In this document: positions 61,780 through 64,000 of the stretch, piece by piece
Numbering within the stretch: position 1 is the first letter of the stretch
Layout: every line of letters begins with the position of its first letter
NCBI GenBank assembly: GCA_036850965.1
Contig: JAZGQO010000011.1
Coordinates: 61,687,281-61,751,280 of the forward strand
Source of the DNA: Patella caerulea
Taxonomy: Eukaryota
Direction of reading: 5' to 3'
Length of the DNA stretch: 64,000 nucleotides
The notes under the pieces: generated by a model
What the model was told of the DNA's origin: nothing
Databases searched by the model: none
Seen by the model: the letters and a program-made list of their open reading frames with translations, nothing else
Program-made: the position numbers and the translations under genes

Positions 61780-62050
61780 TAATGTATAATAAACAGGGCT
61801 ATTAGGGTAGAATATCCGAATAATGTATGATAAATAGAACTACAAAGATAGAATACCTGAATAATGTATGATAAATTGAGCTATAAAGATATAATATCTG
61901 AATAATGTGTGATAAATAGAGCTATAAAGAAAGAATACCCGAATAATGTATTATAAATAGAGCTATAAGGAAAGGTATTTTATCTGAACAATGTATGATA
62001 AATACTATAACGACATATATAATTACCTGAGTAATGTATGATAAATCCCA
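61780..62050. repeat. Minisatellite with a unit of about 41 bp, ctgaataatgtatgataaatagagctataaagatagaata.
   Basis: There are 6-7 units, directly adjacent to the previous array but with an unrelated unit. Confidence 0.7.
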
Positions 62051-63216
62051 GTGCTATTGATATGACAATTATCACCACAGCTAATGCTATTAAACCAATA
62101 CAAAATTTAGATCGCGGTCGTCTATAAACACTTGTAGAACTTGATACTGGAATATATAAAACGATGAATCAGTTCCGGCCTTATATTGACGTAGAAACCT
62201 TGTGGTTGCAACTTATCTTGGGAGATCTTAAAAGAAAATCACTTTCAGTTGGCCCTTAACACTGCCCATTCAAATGACTACTTATTGACTATCTGCTAAA
62301 CTAAAATGGCTAGCACGGACAATTTGACTTGTTTTTGTTTGATTGGGGGCGGTGGTGGTGGAGGTGGGGGTACAGTATGTCCTCTATTGGCACTCTCCCA
62401 AACAGAGTTGCCATCTCTTTCAGTTCACACTAACTAGATAACCAGAATGACTTAGTGGCAGCATATATGGTTATTATTATGACGTCATATTTTATGTGCT
62501 TTAGACTGAGAGGCGGTCATGACACGTAATAATGATAATAATGGATCGCTATAAAAGAGTGTTACATTACAGAAATTATGATAGGAGGCCGACGATTGTT
62601 TAATAAAGATTACGGCTTAGATTAAAGATGCATAATGTAGGAGCTAAAAATATGCCTATTAGGCCTACACATCTTTTGGCATCAAATATTACATAGATAA
62701 TTACTTAAACGTGCATACACACGACAATTTAATCCATTAATTGACTCTCTGAGATTAGAACACCGCAGCTCTTTAAGAGTTGAACGATAAAATAGATACA
62801 TGTAATCAAGTCTTAGTTTCGGTTGTCAAGTACCCTTGCCAGGTTAATGAATAACCAATGTTGTTTTTTTGTCAAAATTTCAAACCTTCATAACTTCACA
62901 CAAGATAAAGTCATTTTTACTGAAATTTTTAATATATTCATTTTTCATTATGTATCTTTAAACTTTTATAGCAAGAGCGACCAGGTCTAAATTTTACATA
63001 ATGCATCTTTAAGTTGTATGTAATACTTTTGGGCGCTGGTTTCAAACGTGACATAATTCTAGTTGCCTAGTTACCAATAATGTTTATGTGTGCTTTAGTC
63101 CGAATACATTCCTACTCCAGTCTTAAACAAGCTTAAAACAAAACTGGGAGAAAATCTACACAAATTCTTAAATAAATCAATTTGAACACCACGCTATCCC
63201 CATTTTATTTACAAAC

Positions 63217-63459
63217 CCGAATATTTAGTTCCCGAACTTTCTGACGGAAGATAAGGACGGGATTTAAAACCTGTCACGTGATTCGGGTTGTCATAGACGA
63301 CGAAACCATATTCCATAGAGTCGACGTTACCAAGGGTACTTGACGTCATGTGATCACTTGACCCCGACCCAGGGCCAAGCTGGGTCATGTGAAACATCAC
63401 GTGGCTATCCAGGATGGCGGCATAATTTAACACCGGTAACTTTCCATTTCTTGCTGTCA
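63217..63459 (-). CDS. Candidate 243-bp symmetric (phase-1/phase-1) coding exon on the minus strand. Its product is unidentified and has no Cys.
   Basis: A strong acceptor tttttttttcttttccag|TGACAGC (AG at 63461-63460) opens an 81-codon frame: .TARNGKLPVLNYAAILDSHVMFHMTQLGPGSGSSDHMTSSTLGNVDSMEYGFVVYDNPNHVTGFKSRPYLPSESSGTKYSG. A possible donor G|GTTTGT lies at 63216-63215. The donor choice is uncertain. The phase does not join directly to the 58526 exon, so intervening exons or a separate gene are implied. Confidence 0.3.
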
Positions 63460-64000
63460 CTGGAAAAGAAAAAAAAATGTTTAAAAATAAAAGTCAGGCA
63501 TATTTTTTTCTAATAAAGACGATTTTACATCATTGTAGAATAATTGTAGTTTGTCCATCTTAAAATATGAAAATGCGTTTGTCGGAGAAATCGAGACAGT
63601 GTATTGAAATCATAATAAAAAAAAAAATGGATTATTCGTAAAAACTGAAAGAGTGAATCGTCGGCAAATAGTTCTTACTCAGAGTTATGTCGGTTTTTGT
63701 TCTTCCCGTTTATGGCATGGGGCTAGGGACAATAGAATAATTCATAGATTTTATTCTTTACGTGGCATTTAGTTATTGGGAAACACATTAACAGAACACC
63801 CCCTTTAACGGAGTCTAAAAATGATTTCAATGGATTGAAAACGCTATAATGATAATAGAAACGTCAGAATTAACGTGAAAACCAATTAAAACATAATAAT
63901 TTTAACTTTTGTAGTATTGAAAATAAAGGGATAGAATGGAGTGGGGTTGAAAATGGCCTCACCACTTTAGTGTTATTTTGCGATAACTACCCAAGTATGT

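Noticed and set aside
1-64000. Prokaryotic-type features (operons, CRISPR arrays, rho-independent terminators, sigma promoters)
   Set aside because: The sequence is clearly eukaryotic. It has spliced exons with GT/AG boundaries, a metazoan homeobox gene and SINE/MITE/minisatellite architecture. No direct-repeat/spacer arrays or dense co-directional ORFs are present.

Overview
This 64 kb window looks like nuclear DNA from an invertebrate animal (bilaterian), not a prokaryote. It is about 36-38% GC and has spliced genes with canonical GT/AG introns. Interspersed tRNA-derived SINEs, MITEs and AT-rich minisatellites are dense, with about 35 recognisable SINE copies or fragments. I can support two protein-coding loci. 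The first is the homeobox-containing terminal exon of a ladybird-class Lbx gene on the + strand (26506-26978). Its homeodomain and acidic C-terminus match vertebrate LBX1 closely. The second is a multi-exon minus-strand gene. Its core is a roughly 3 kb exon (54406-57405) that starts at a clean polypyrimidine-AG acceptor and ends at a textbook CAG|GTAAGT donor. That exon encodes a cysteine-free protein segment of about 1000 aa. The segment has a Ser/Thr/Pro-rich mucin-like N-terminal part followed by a long acidic, His/Asp/Glu/Tyr-rich region with many N-glycosylation sequons, and I recognise no domain in it. A phase-compatible upstream exon (58327-58526) and a further candidate phase-1/phase-1 exon (63217-63459) may belong to the same transcript. 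Most other ORFs in the six-frame track are antisense to the big exon or lie inside repeats, and I reject them. The repeat landscape has two or three tRNA-derived SINE families that share one 3' tail (gacgttaaaccccatttc), and some copies have visible 11-bp target-site duplications. There is a 1.2 kb pile-up of four SINE copies that forms a long inverted repeat. Three MITE-like elements have clear terminal inverted repeats, two small dispersed repeat families are present, and there are at least ten tandem or minisatellite arrays. No rRNA genes or genuine tRNA genes could be supported, and there are no CRISPR arrays or prokaryotic-style operons.
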